A DNA stretch of 32,000 nucleotides, taken from positions 600,001-632,000 of the forward strand of contig JANQMZ010000007.1 of the NCBI GenBank assembly GCA_028279805.1, given 5' to 3'. The DNA is from an archaeon (GTDB lineage: Archaea > Iainarchaeota > Iainarchaeia > Iainarchaeales > JANQMZ01). Shown in pieces: positions 1-7,899 of the stretch (the stretch's first letter is position 1; every line of letters begins with the position of its first letter). The position numbers and the translations under genes were made by a program. Below the pieces are notes generated by a model. It did no database searches. It was not told the DNA's origin and saw only the letters and a list, made by a program, of their open reading frames with translations.

Positions 1-426
1 AAGATAAGGGCCATGGTGTGTTGTCTCCGTTTCAATCTCATAATCTTTTAATGAAAATTTTTCTTTTTTTTCCAGCAAGGAAAGAAAATAATTGCGTAAC
101 AAAAAAGCGCTTGATTTGACCAGTTTTTTCGTTTTGCCTCCCAAAGTGCCTTGCCCCCAGCAGCCAATCGGATGGCAGGTTAAGGCAGGAATTCCTGCTT
201 TTGAAGAATGCCTGGAAGCAAAAATAAAAAAATCTGAATTATGCAAAGCCAAATGGTCAGCATTTAAAGGTTCTTTGTCAATGGTTAGCAGTTCAAAATC
301 CTTAAATGAATAAATTGGCTCGTTATCAAAAGATTTTTCTGTTTCTTTGAACGAAAAATTTTCCAAGAGCCTTTGCTTAATATTTAAATCGGCTGTATTT
401 TTTTTGGAAACAACTATTGTATACAT
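1..426 (-). CDS. dtdA: D-aminoacyl-tRNA deacylase, archaeal DTD2/GEK1 type (C-terminus truncated by window edge)
   Basis: Manual translation of the minus strand from ATG at 424-426, open to the window edge: MYTIVVSKKNTADLNIKQ...NSDFFIFASRHSSKAGIPALTCHPIGCWGQGTLGGKTKKLVKSSAFLLRNYFLSLLEKKEKFSLKDYEIETETTHHGPYL. RH-S..G.PALT-H and THHGP motifs are typical of the family. Not in the supplied ORF track. Confidence 0.85.
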   Translation of the reverse strand, partial: MYTIVVSKKNTADLNIKQRLLENFSFKETEKSFDNEPIYSFKDFELLTIDKEPLNADHLALHNSDFFIFASRHSSKAGIPALTCHPIGCWGQGTLGGKTKKLVKSSAFLLRNYFLSLLEKKEKFSLKDYEIETETTHHGPYL

Positions 427-432
427 AACAAG

Positions 433-903
433 TCATTTTTTGTAATTTTGGGAAATTTTATCTAAAACTGTTTCAATTTCATCAAGAGAATAATTTACAT
501 CATTTCTGACCCAGTGTGAAAAAGATTCCTTTAAATCCATCCGGTCAGCCCGCGGAGCAGGATTTAAAAAATACAAATTTTTTTTTCTTACAATAATACC
601 CCATTCGATTAATTTGCTTAAATGATACCTGATTAATTTTTCTGAAACATTTAATTTGTATTTTTCTTTTAATTTTTTCTGAATATCAAAAGTGCCCGGG
701 TTGGATTTTTTTGTTATCAGAAAATAGAAAACAGTGTCCAGAATATTTAATGCGGTGTTCCTTTCATCTTTTTCCGAAACCATTCCGAAAGCCAGTGCAA
801 ACCATCTGAGCAGAGAACGCTTTGTCAGCTTTACAGAGGGGGGCAGATCCATTTTTCTTATTATGAATGTTTTTCTGATTAATTCAAGTTCCGGTTTTGC
901 CAT
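433..903 (-). CDS. winged helix-turn-helix protein (putative transcriptional regulator)
   Basis: 156 aa; segment FDIQKKLKEKYKLNVSEKLIRYHLSKLIEWGIIVRKKNLYFLNP resembles a wHTH. AGGTGA lies about 5 nt upstream of the ATG; the gene sits 6 nt upstream of the dtdA-like start. Confidence 0.6.
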   Translation of the reverse strand: MAKPELELIRKTFIIRKMDLPPSVKLTKRSLLRWFALAFGMVSEKDERNTALNILDTVFYFLITKKSNPGTFDIQKKLKEKYKLNVSEKLIRYHLSKLIEWGIIVRKKNLYFLNPAPRADRMDLKESFSHWVRNDVNYSLDEIETVLDKISQNYKK

Positions 904-1070
904 ACAATCACCTGCGCCTTCGGCGCAAGCGCCACTGAAAGTGGCACGACGTGCAGCCTGAGTCAGCAGGCTCGGAAAAAAGTTTTTTCCTTTGGCAAAA
1001 AATAGTTTAAAGTGTTATTTAAGGTTTTTGATTAGTGTAGTTTTTAAGCTTTTTTGGAATCAATGGTAAT

Positions 1071-1427
1071 ATGGCGTTAAGGATTGAATACAGGTTTACT
1101 CCGTTAAGGCTTGTTATTGACAGAAAAGAGCCTGTTCAGATGAAGGTTACTCTTACAAATGTTGGAGCTGAACCGGAAAAAATTTCACTAAAAACAGTTT
1201 TATCAAAAGAATTGGGGATGGATAAAAGCGGTATAAAAAACGCGGCGCTGGAAAGAATTGATTCTCTGGAGCCTGGAGAATCCAAAGTTTTCTATTATGA
1301 TATAAATGCAAAGCATTCAACAACACCGGGCGAGCATCAGATTACTGTTGTGGCTGAAGAGCATTACCGGGATTATAACCACAAAAAACAGGAATACATG
1401 GTTAATGCGGAAATAAGAGTTGAATAA
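1071..1427 (+). CDS. hypothetical protein, probable beta-sandwich (CARDB/Ig-like) domain
   Basis: 118 aa; VQMKVTLTNVGAEPEKISLKT...LEPGESKVFYYDI...GEHQITVVAEEHY pattern typical of CARDB/NEW3-like domains. Confidence 0.55.
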   Translation: MALRIEYRFTPLRLVIDRKEPVQMKVTLTNVGAEPEKISLKTVLSKELGMDKSGIKNAALERIDSLEPGESKVFYYDINAKHSTTPGEHQITVVAEEHYRDYNHKKQEYMVNAEIRVE

Positions 1428-1465
1428 TTACACAAATTGTTGGACAAACGTTTTTTGGTGACCTC

Positions 1466-1798
1466 GTGGGACTTAAGGAAACAAAAACCGGTTTGAATAA
1501 AATAAAGCTTCTTAATTTAAATGATGGAAAAGTTTGGGAAATTTTGAATGTTGCCCGGGAAAAGAAAGGGTTTGATTCCGGCTTTATAAAAAAAATTTAC
1601 AATAACATTCTGTGGCTTAAAAAGGAAAATGAGAAGATGAGGAAGGAAAAAGACAAACATTTGGAAATTGAATATGGGGATAAGGAAAAAGCTGATGAAA
1701 TTGACAAAAATGTTGAAAAAATTGAGGAAAATATTAAACCGGTTTGGGATGAATTAGTTAAAGATTTGAAAACTGTTGAAATTGGTTTTGAAGATTAA
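1466..1798 (+). CDS. hypothetical protein, charged, coiled-coil prone
   Basis: 110 aa ORF with GTG start (GTG GGA CTT AAG); no family recognised. Confidence 0.45.
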   Translation: MGLKETKTGLNKIKLLNLNDGKVWEILNVAREKKGFDSGFIKKIYNNILWLKKENEKMRKEKDKHLEIEYGDKEKADEIDKNVEKIEENIKPVWDELVKDLKTVEIGFED

Positions 1799-1836
1799 TG
1801 TTTTTATACCAGAAACGCTTAATTTTAGTGATTTAA

Positions 1837-2100
1837 ATGGATTTACCACACAGGCCAAGCAATAGACCTAATAAGTTTGTGAGAAGAGATTCTGTTCTTA
1901 GAGGTAAAAAAGAGCTTATAGAGCGTTTAGCCAGACAACAAGCCCGGCAAAATGGTGCCGATGTTGGAAGCCTAATGCATTATATTGAACGATTAAGGGA
2001 TGAAAACTCAAGGCGTGGGCAGCATAGTGAAGAAGCTCAGGTGTTGTGGAAAACGATTGAAGAAATTTTGAATGAGCTTGACATCCGCCTAGAGTATTAA
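1837..2100 (+). CDS. hypothetical protein
   Basis: 87 aa ORF with ATG start in a colinear + strand run. Confidence 0.5.
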   Translation: MDLPHRPSNRPNKFVRRDSVLRGKKELIERLARQQARQNGADVGSLMHYIERLRDENSRRGQHSEEAQVLWKTIEEILNELDIRLEY

Positions 2101-2130
2101 AATAACACAAAAACCTGGACAAAGATTTTT

Positions 2131-2598
2131 ATGAGCCGAAGAAGAGGGGAAAGAAGTAGAAATGTCAGAGATTCCGTGGAGCACATTTCACCCCACCCCG
2201 CAGCTTTTAGAAATGTTCTTGGTTTTGCTAGATTAAAGCAAATAGTTATCAGTGAGGAGGACATTGGTTTGCTGCATTCCTTTTATGAAAATTTGAGAGA
2301 AAAGAAAGATGCGGGGTTAAAAGAAGAGGCTAAAGAAATTGAATCAAAAATAAAAGAGCTTTTGGGCAAATATGGCATTTCAATGGAGGGCGTGCCTAAG
2401 CATTTCTGGAAACCCATTTTTGAGGCAGCCGATAGAAGAGGCATTGAGTTTACAAGAGAAGACCGAGATACTATACTAAGGCTGTGTGATGTTCTGGAAG
2501 ATGTTGCTGCAAAGGAAAATCCTGATCCACAAGCTTACTCGCTTACAGTTGAAGAATTGAATGCGGTTTTGCAAAAATACAATCTTGTTTATACATAA
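2131..2598 (+). CDS. hypothetical protein, helical
   Basis: 155 aa ORF with ATG start, 30 nt after the preceding stop. Confidence 0.55.
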   Translation: MSRRRGERSRNVRDSVEHISPHPAAFRNVLGFARLKQIVISEEDIGLLHSFYENLREKKDAGLKEEAKEIESKIKELLGKYGISMEGVPKHFWKPIFEAADRRGIEFTREDRDTILRLCDVLEDVAAKENPDPQAYSLTVEELNAVLQKYNLVYT

Positions 2599-2876
2599 CC
2601 TTTTTTTGCATATTCGACAAAAACGCAAAAAAACATAATTCTGAAGTTTTAAGCCCTTTAAACCGCTTTCCAGGAATACGCCCCCATTGTGCAGCACAAC
2701 ATATATTATGCTGCATAATCGAGGGTTGGAAAGGGGGTTGAAATTGACCTGTTTAAGGAGTTTTTTAAGGGAGTTTGTAGTTGGGTGTTTCAGGGCCTAA
2801 AAACATGGTTATGTATAAGTAGTTGTTGTGTGAAAAACTTTTAATATTACTTTGAGCATTCTCTTATTGATTTAGC

Positions 2877-3023
2877 ATGGGAAAAAGACCGAGAAGAATA
2901 TCCGTAAGGCCCGGGCAGGGAAATCAGGCAGGTTCGAGGAACCTTGGAACGGGAAACCCACAAGGGCAAAACCAAAGAAACCGGCAGATAAGACAGCACA
3001 GCAGGGGCCGGGGAAAAAAATAA
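2877..3023 (+). other. GC-rich island: candidate small structured RNA or 48-aa basic peptide (unresolved)
   Basis: Much more GC-rich than its flanks. Box A-like TTTTAATAT lies about 27-35 nt upstream. Contains AGGTTC-GAG-GAACCT and GGG-AAA-CCC hairpins. Frame 1 gives MGKRPRRISVRPGQGNQAGSRNLGTGNPQGQNQRNRQIRQHSRGRGKK*. Confidence 0.4.
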
Positions 3024-3247
3024 TTAACCTTTTAGGTTAAGGTTTTTGCCTGATTTTTGTATTTTTTGGTAATTTGGGTTAAGGATAGGATGGCATAAAT
3101 TTTGCTCTTTTTGGGGATGGAATTTCTTTGTCCAAGAATTTGTGTTGTTTCGCTCTTTAGACCCCGGCACCATAAAAAAATACAAAACAAAGAAAAGCAA
3201 GTTGATTATGTATAAGTTGGTTGTGGTTTTACACAAAAACCTGGACA

Positions 3248-4474
3248 CTATTTTTTACTGCGGCCCGGCTTCAGAATTATAGTGGTAATATTGTCAACCT
3301 GCAGCCTTCTTCTGGCCGTGCTTTGGACAGCTTCCGGGGACACCTTCTTAACGGCATCAATTCTGTTTAAAGGGTTTTTCCAGCCATAAAGCTCTGAATC
3401 AATTATTGCCTGTGCTTCCCTTAAAGGGTTTTCAAGATTAATAATTTCTTTTCCTTCAAAAAATTGTTTTGCTTTTTTGATTGTCTGCATGCTTTCTTTT
3501 TTGTTTCTTATTCTTTCAAGCTCTTTTACAATTAAGGATTTGATTTTTGGAATGTTTTTTTCTTCCGTGGCAACATAAACAGCAAAATAACCATATTCTG
3601 ATCCTATGTCAAAATCTGAAAAGATTCTATAACACAAGCCTCTTTTTTCCCTTATTTCCTGCTTTAACCTCCCACTTAACCCACCCCCTAAAATTGCCTG
3701 AATCAATTCAAAAGCATTGGCGTCCTCGTGATGAGCATTCATAACAGGAAACCCCAGACACAGATGCGTCTGTTGAATATCGCGTTCAAATACTTTTTCG
3801 CTTTGCTTGATTTTAGGTTTTTCAAGTTTTGATTTTTTTGTCTTTTGGGTTTTGTTTGCAAATTTTTGATTAATTTCTTTCTTTAAAAAATCAAAATCTG
3901 TGTTTCCGGATACGCATGCAACCAGATTGTTGGGGGCATAATAATCAGAATAATATTTTTCAAGGGTTGGCCGGGACATTGCTTTGATTGTTTGTTCCGT
4001 ACCCAGAATGCTCCAGCCAAGCTCTGTTCCTTTAAACGCTTCTTTGACAAAGGAATCAAAAACAAAGCTTAAAGAATTGTCATACGAGTCACGAATTTCG
4101 TTCAGAATAATGTTTCTCTCTGTTGGCATTTCTTTTTCCAAAAGCAATGAATTCTGCATGCATTCACCCAAAATATCAGTTGCCTTGTCAAGGTGTTTTG
4201 GCAAAATTTTGATATGATATCTTGTGGTTTCGTGGCTTGTAAAAGCGTTGATGTCTCCGCCTACAGAGTCAATTGTTTCTGTTGTCTGCTTGCGATTATA
4301 TTTTTCTGATCCGGTGAAAGCCATGTGCTCCAGAAAATGAGCTGCGCCATAATCTTTCTTTTTCTCATAACTTGAGCCGAATTTTGTTGCAATTTGTATC
4401 GCCGCCGACTCTTTTGCTGTTTTTCTGAATAATAAAACCAGCCCGTTATCTAAAACGGTTCTTTCAATTTCCAT
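3248..4474 (-). CDS. M16 family zinc metallopeptidase (insulinase/MPP-like)
   Basis: 408 aa; inverted zinc motif HxxEH in AAHFLEHMAFTGSEKY, downstream ERNIILNEIRD, and GGGLSGRLKQEIREKRGLCYRI typical of M16. Confidence 0.9.
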   Translation of the reverse strand: MEIERTVLDNGLVLLFRKTAKESAAIQIATKFGSSYEKKKDYGAAHFLEHMAFTGSEKYNRKQTTETIDSVGGDINAFTSHETTRYHIKILPKHLDKATDILGECMQNSLLLEKEMPTERNIILNEIRDSYDNSLSFVFDSFVKEAFKGTELGWSILGTEQTIKAMSRPTLEKYYSDYYAPNNLVACVSGNTDFDFLKKEINQKFANKTQKTKKSKLEKPKIKQSEKVFERDIQQTHLCLGFPVMNAHHEDANAFELIQAILGGGLSGRLKQEIREKRGLCYRIFSDFDIGSEYGYFAVYVATEEKNIPKIKSLIVKELERIRNKKESMQTIKKAKQFFEGKEIINLENPLREAQAIIDSELYGWKNPLNRIDAVKKVSPEAVQSTARRRLQVDNITTIILKPGRSKK

Positions 4475-4538
4475 AAAGACGATAGAAATAGTGTAAAAAA
4501 GTATTAAATGCGTTTAGTAGAAACAGAATTAGAGAAAG

Positions 4539-4736
4539 TTATGCTTTCGCTTTCTCTACTTTTGCCTGTTTAGCTTTATTTTCTTCTTCTTTTTCTCTTT
4601 TTGTTCTGCCGAAATTGGCATATTTTCTGTACTTGGTTTTGGTCCAAGCTTCAGGCTGAGAAGACCTGAGTTTGAATTCTTCTTTTAAAAGTTCCATTCT
4701 CATTTTCTCAGTTACATTTAAGTCCGTTGATTCCAT
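4539..4736 (-). CDS. small charged hypothetical protein (65 aa)
   Basis: MESTDLNVTEKMRMELLKEEFKLRSSQPEAWTKTKYRKYANFGRTKREKEEENKAKQAKVEKAKA; GAGGAGG upstream of the ATG and a TTTATATA box further upstream. The tracked ORF 4539..4907 is an over-extension; its translation reads from the minus strand. Confidence 0.65.
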   Translation of the reverse strand: MESTDLNVTEKMRMELLKEEFKLRSSQPEAWTKTKYRKYANFGRTKREKEEENKAKQAKVEKAKA

Positions 4737-4880
4737 AAAAATTTCCTCCTCTTTTTTTAAAAAAAAGCAGCACTTATATATTGCTACTCCGTTATATAAA
4801 AACCTTTTTGAAATTTGCCTGCTTTTGCTGCCTTTTAAGCCCAAAAAAAGCCTTTTATAGTAGAAAAGCGTTTTGGTGTT

Positions 4881-5717
4881 ATGCTGCAAAAAGAAGCTTT
4901 GTTGCAAAAATTTAAACAGGAATTGGTTGTTGCGGAGTATTCGAAGAGAACAATTGAAACATACCTTCGTTATGTAGAAGACTTCCTTTCTTATGTAAAA
5001 AAGGATCCGGGACAGTGCACAAGAGATGATGTGGTTGGTTTTCTGGCCCAGAAAAAAGAATCGTCAGATACAAGCGGTTCGACCCTAGCTCTTGTGTTTG
5101 CCTCTCTTAAATTCTTTTTTCATTCTTTTTTGAAACACAAGATAATGGAGGATATTAAAAGGCCTAAAAAGGGCAAATATCTTCCAACGGTGCTTACAAA
5201 AGACGAAATTAAAGCGCTTTTATCCTCAATCAAAAAAAAGAGGGACGTGCTTATGGTTGAATTTCTTTACTCTACCGGTGCAAGAGTCTCAGAATGTACT
5301 AAGCTTAAAGTAAAAGATGTTGATTTTACAGAAAATATTGCAAGAGTTAAAGGGGGGAAAGGGAATAAGGATCGCGTTGTTGTTTTGTCAAAAAAATGGG
5401 CTGAAGAAATGCAAAAAAATATTAATCGTAGAAAAAAAGAAACAGAATTTGTTTTTCCAAAAGCAAACGGCAAACAATTAAGTGTTGATACCGTTCAAAG
5501 GGTTGTAAGAGAGGCTGCAAAAAAAGCAGAAATCAACAAACACGTCACCCCCCACGTTTTAAGGCATTCTTTTGCAACACATTTGCTTGAGGCCGGGGAA
5601 AGTATCAGAAAAATCCAGGAGCTTTTGGGCCATGCAGACTTGTCAACAACACAAATTTACACAAAAGTGTCAACAGATGAGCTGAAAAAAGTGGTTAGTC
5701 CCATGGACAATTTATAA
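4881..5717 (+). CDS. xerA: tyrosine recombinase, XerA/XerC/D family
   Basis: 278 aa; SAM-like N-terminal domain; STGARVSECTKLKVKDVD, HVTPHVLRHSFATHLLEAG, LGHADLSTTQIYTKVS carry the catalytic R...HxxR...H...Y residues. Confidence 0.9.
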   Translation: MLQKEALLQKFKQELVVAEYSKRTIETYLRYVEDFLSYVKKDPGQCTRDDVVGFLAQKKESSDTSGSTLALVFASLKFFFHSFLKHKIMEDIKRPKKGKYLPTVLTKDEIKALLSSIKKKRDVLMVEFLYSTGARVSECTKLKVKDVDFTENIARVKGGKGNKDRVVVLSKKWAEEMQKNINRRKKETEFVFPKANGKQLSVDTVQRVVREAAKKAEINKHVTPHVLRHSFATHLLEAGESIRKIQELLGHADLSTTQIYTKVSTDELKKVVSPMDNL

Positions 5718-5933
5718 TTGGGCAGCCCGCACTTCCACCATTGCCAAAAGGCGTGTTTGATGCCCTGTTTTTTTAAATTCTGGTGAGAAAAGAAAACAAA
5801 CAGAATTATGTATATGTTGGTTTGTGTTTTTTGCGTTTAAATCTTTCAGATTTTTTTATTTGAAGCGTTATGACAAAAGCACTTCAAACCGCGCTATAAA
5901 ACGGAAAACTTTAAATATAAGAAATTCCTATTA

Positions 5934-6251
5934 TTGTCCAGTTATTTAGGGGTGTTACACATGAGATTGTCTGAATTTTTTGGGATGGATATTTATACTG
6001 TTAACGGAGAAAGAAAAGGAAAAGTTTTTGATCTTGTTATAAACCTTGAGAAAGGAAAAATTGAAACAATGACAACCGAAGCTCTCAAAGCAAGGAACAA
6101 AAAGGAAGCTAAAAAAATAATCAGCGAAAAAAGCATTCCATACAGAAGAGTAAAATCTGCCAGAGACATTATTGTTGTTTCAAACACAGAATCTGCCGAA
6201 CAGGAAGAAGAGCCTGAACCAAGAAGCAGATATTTGCATAAAAGACGCTAA
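5934..6251 (+). CDS. PRC-barrel domain protein
   Basis: MRLSEFFGMDIYTVNGERKGKVFDLVINLEKGKIETM...RRVKSARDIIVV is PRC-barrel-like. The true start may be the internal ATG of MRLSEF. Confidence 0.75.
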   Translation: MSSYLGVLHMRLSEFFGMDIYTVNGERKGKVFDLVINLEKGKIETMTTEALKARNKKEAKKIISEKSIPYRRVKSARDIIVVSNTESAEQEEEPEPRSRYLHKRR

Positions 6252-6368
6252 TTTGCGCTTTTTTCTTGTTTTTTTAATTTCATAAAAATGTTTAAATTAA
6301 CTCTTCATTTATATTTATACATAAAACAGTTTTGTTTTAGTAAATATGTATAATAGTGGAAGTGTTGG

Positions 6369-6959
6369 GTGTTCAGAATATTAAAAGGATATTTTATACA
6401 ATACAAATTTATTCTGCCTGAAACTGTTAAACACACATCCTACACTTATCAAAAGCTTTTTAGAGCGCTTTATGGTTACACCCAGGCTGTAAACAAATCA
6501 ACCGGAAAAAACTACAAATATCATAGAAAAGGCGTTCTTTCAAACATGCCTTATTTCAGGCCCGGGAAAAACTGCGTCATAATTCCGGAGGGCTCCTTAC
6601 AACCCTTAACTTCCTTTTTTAAAACAGGCAAAAATCCAACACACGTTTGGCATGTTAAAGGAGAATGGAAAGCAGTTTATTATATGAATGAAAAAAAAGT
6701 CGAATTAAAAGAAGCAGTTTCGGCTTTGGAAGGCCTTGTTGAAAGAACTTATACAGACACAACAAAAGCAAAAAAAAGGCTCTCCGAAGAGCTTGAAAGA
6801 GCTGCAAAAAACGAGGTTGATGAAAGCTATAAAAGCCATTTATTATCCCAAGCAAGAGAAATCTGTACACACCCCTGGTTTTCAGAATGTCATACGGCCT
6901 CAAAAAAACTTTCTAACTTCAAAGCAAATTATGATTCTTTAAAAAAACTAACTAACTGA
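6369..6959 (+). CDS. hypothetical protein
   Basis: 196 aa ORF; no family recognised. Confidence 0.5.
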   Translation: MFRILKGYFIQYKFILPETVKHTSYTYQKLFRALYGYTQAVNKSTGKNYKYHRKGVLSNMPYFRPGKNCVIIPEGSLQPLTSFFKTGKNPTHVWHVKGEWKAVYYMNEKKVELKEAVSALEGLVERTYTDTTKAKKRLSEELERAAKNEVDESYKSHLLSQAREICTHPWFSECHTASKKLSNFKANYDSLKKLTN

Positions 6960-7394
6960 AATTTGTCTTTCTCTTTCTTTTTTTGCCTTTTTTTTGTCTA
7001 TTTTAAACAAAAGCTCTTTTTTTCGCCATTTTCTTCTTCCACCGATGCTTCTGGTTTCAAACAAGTTAATATCAACAAGGGTTTTGATGTAAGGGTATAA
7101 ACTTCGTTTATTTTTGTATTCCCCTCCAAACAATTCCTCAATTCTTCTTCTGATCTCATGCATGTTAACCCATTCATCAAATCCGACAACCTCGGTTATG
7201 TGGTATGCCTGCGTGTTTTCATCAAAAGTTAAATAGTCCCACAAGCGGTATATTTCCAAATCTTCTTTTTCATCTTCTTTTTCTTCGATTTCCTCATAAA
7301 TATTTTTCTGTATGTCCTCTTCACCAAGTTTTTGAAATAAACCGGCCAGTCCTGCAAATATTTTTTTGATCATCATTACCATAATTACCGTCAT
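6948..7394 (-). CDS. hypothetical protein with possible winged-helix region
   Basis: 148 aa; WVNMHEIRRRIEELFGGEYKNKRSLYPYIKTLVDINLFETRSIGGRRKWRKKELLFKI looks like a wHTH. Real start may be internal (7373 or 7376). Confidence 0.55.
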   Translation of the reverse strand: MTVIMVMMIKKIFAGLAGLFQKLGEEDIQKNIYEEIEEKEDEKEDLEIYRLWDYLTFDENTQAYHITEVVGFDEWVNMHEIRRRIEELFGGEYKNKRSLYPYIKTLVDINLFETRSIGGRRKWRKKELLFKIDKKKAKKERERQISVS

Positions 7395-7449
7395 TACTTA
7401 TAATCATTACTGTAATGATGAGTAATAACCGTAATTACTGGTAATTACC
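7374..7449. promoter_or_regulatory. ATTAC/GTAAT-rich iterated element overlapping the 5' end of the 6948..7394 gene
   Basis: cattacc ataattaccg tcattactta taatcattac tgtaatgatg agtaataacc gtaattactg gtaattacc; ends in the perfect palindrome GGTAATTACC (7440-7449). Confidence 0.45.
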
Positions 7450-7624
7450 ACAAAATCAGTAAAAATTTATAAAAAAAAGAGTATTATGCTGCACAATAAA
7501 GCTAAAAAAAATTATTTAAACACAAGTGAGCGTTGGCATAATTGGAAAAAAATGAAATTAAAAAAATTTAAGATAAAAAAGCAAGAAAAAATAAAAAAAG
7601 TGAGCGTTTTTTTTATGATAAAAA

Positions 7625-7699
7625 TAGCGAGGGAAGGATTTGAACCTCCGACCTTCGGGTTATGAGCCCGACGGGCACTCCCGGCTGCCCCACCTCGCT
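7625..7699 (-). tRNA. tRNA-iMet(CAT), initiator
   Basis: Minus strand AGCGAGGUGGGGCAGCCGGGAGUGCCCGUCGGGCUCAUAACCCGAAGGUCGGAGGUUCAAAUCCUUCCCUCGCUA; 7-bp acceptor stem (AGCGAGG/CCUCGCU, A1:U72), GGG/CCC anticodon stem, no CCA encoded. Confidence 0.95.
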
Positions 7700-7899
7700 A
7701 GAGTAATACTTCCTAAAACAACTTTAAAAAGGCGTTGTTTTTAGTCTTTTTTAATTTGAAAACCTTTAAAAAAACCCAATTTTAAGTTAACAAACCAGTT
7801 TAATCTTTTTTAACAAAAAAAAAGCTTTTTCAGTCTTTAAATTGGTTTTAGCGTTTTTTTTGTTTGTGTAGAAATGTGTCCAACAATTTGTGCAATTCT

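Noticed and set aside
92-313. Plus-strand ORF of 73 aa
   Set aside because: Antisense to the truncated DTD2-type deacylase, whose motifs are clear on the minus strand.
734-961. Plus-strand ORF of 75 aa
   Set aside because: Antisense to the start of the wHTH gene and to the hairpin cluster; no ribosome-binding site or recognisable protein signature.
3024-3248. 74-aa plus-strand ORF
   Set aside because: Low-complexity translation of AT-rich intergenic DNA with no protein-like pattern.
4539-4907. 122-aa extended version of the small gene
   Set aside because: The extension uses a weak TTG start and overlaps xerA; internal ATG at 4736 has a strong GAGGAGG upstream.
4881-5717. Possible integrase marking a mobile element
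   Set aside because: Sequence looks like housekeeping XerA-type recombinase; no attachment-site duplication, transposase or phage genes seen around it.
5862-5888. TTTGAAG...CTTCAAA imperfect inverted repeat upstream of the PRC-barrel gene
   Set aside because: Only 7 bp with a long loop in AT-rich DNA; not distinguishable from chance without comparison.
7374-7449. Possible CRISPR-like or tandem repeat array
   Set aside because: Units are only 5-10 nt, no uniform spacer length and no cas genes nearby; better treated as operator-like half-sites.
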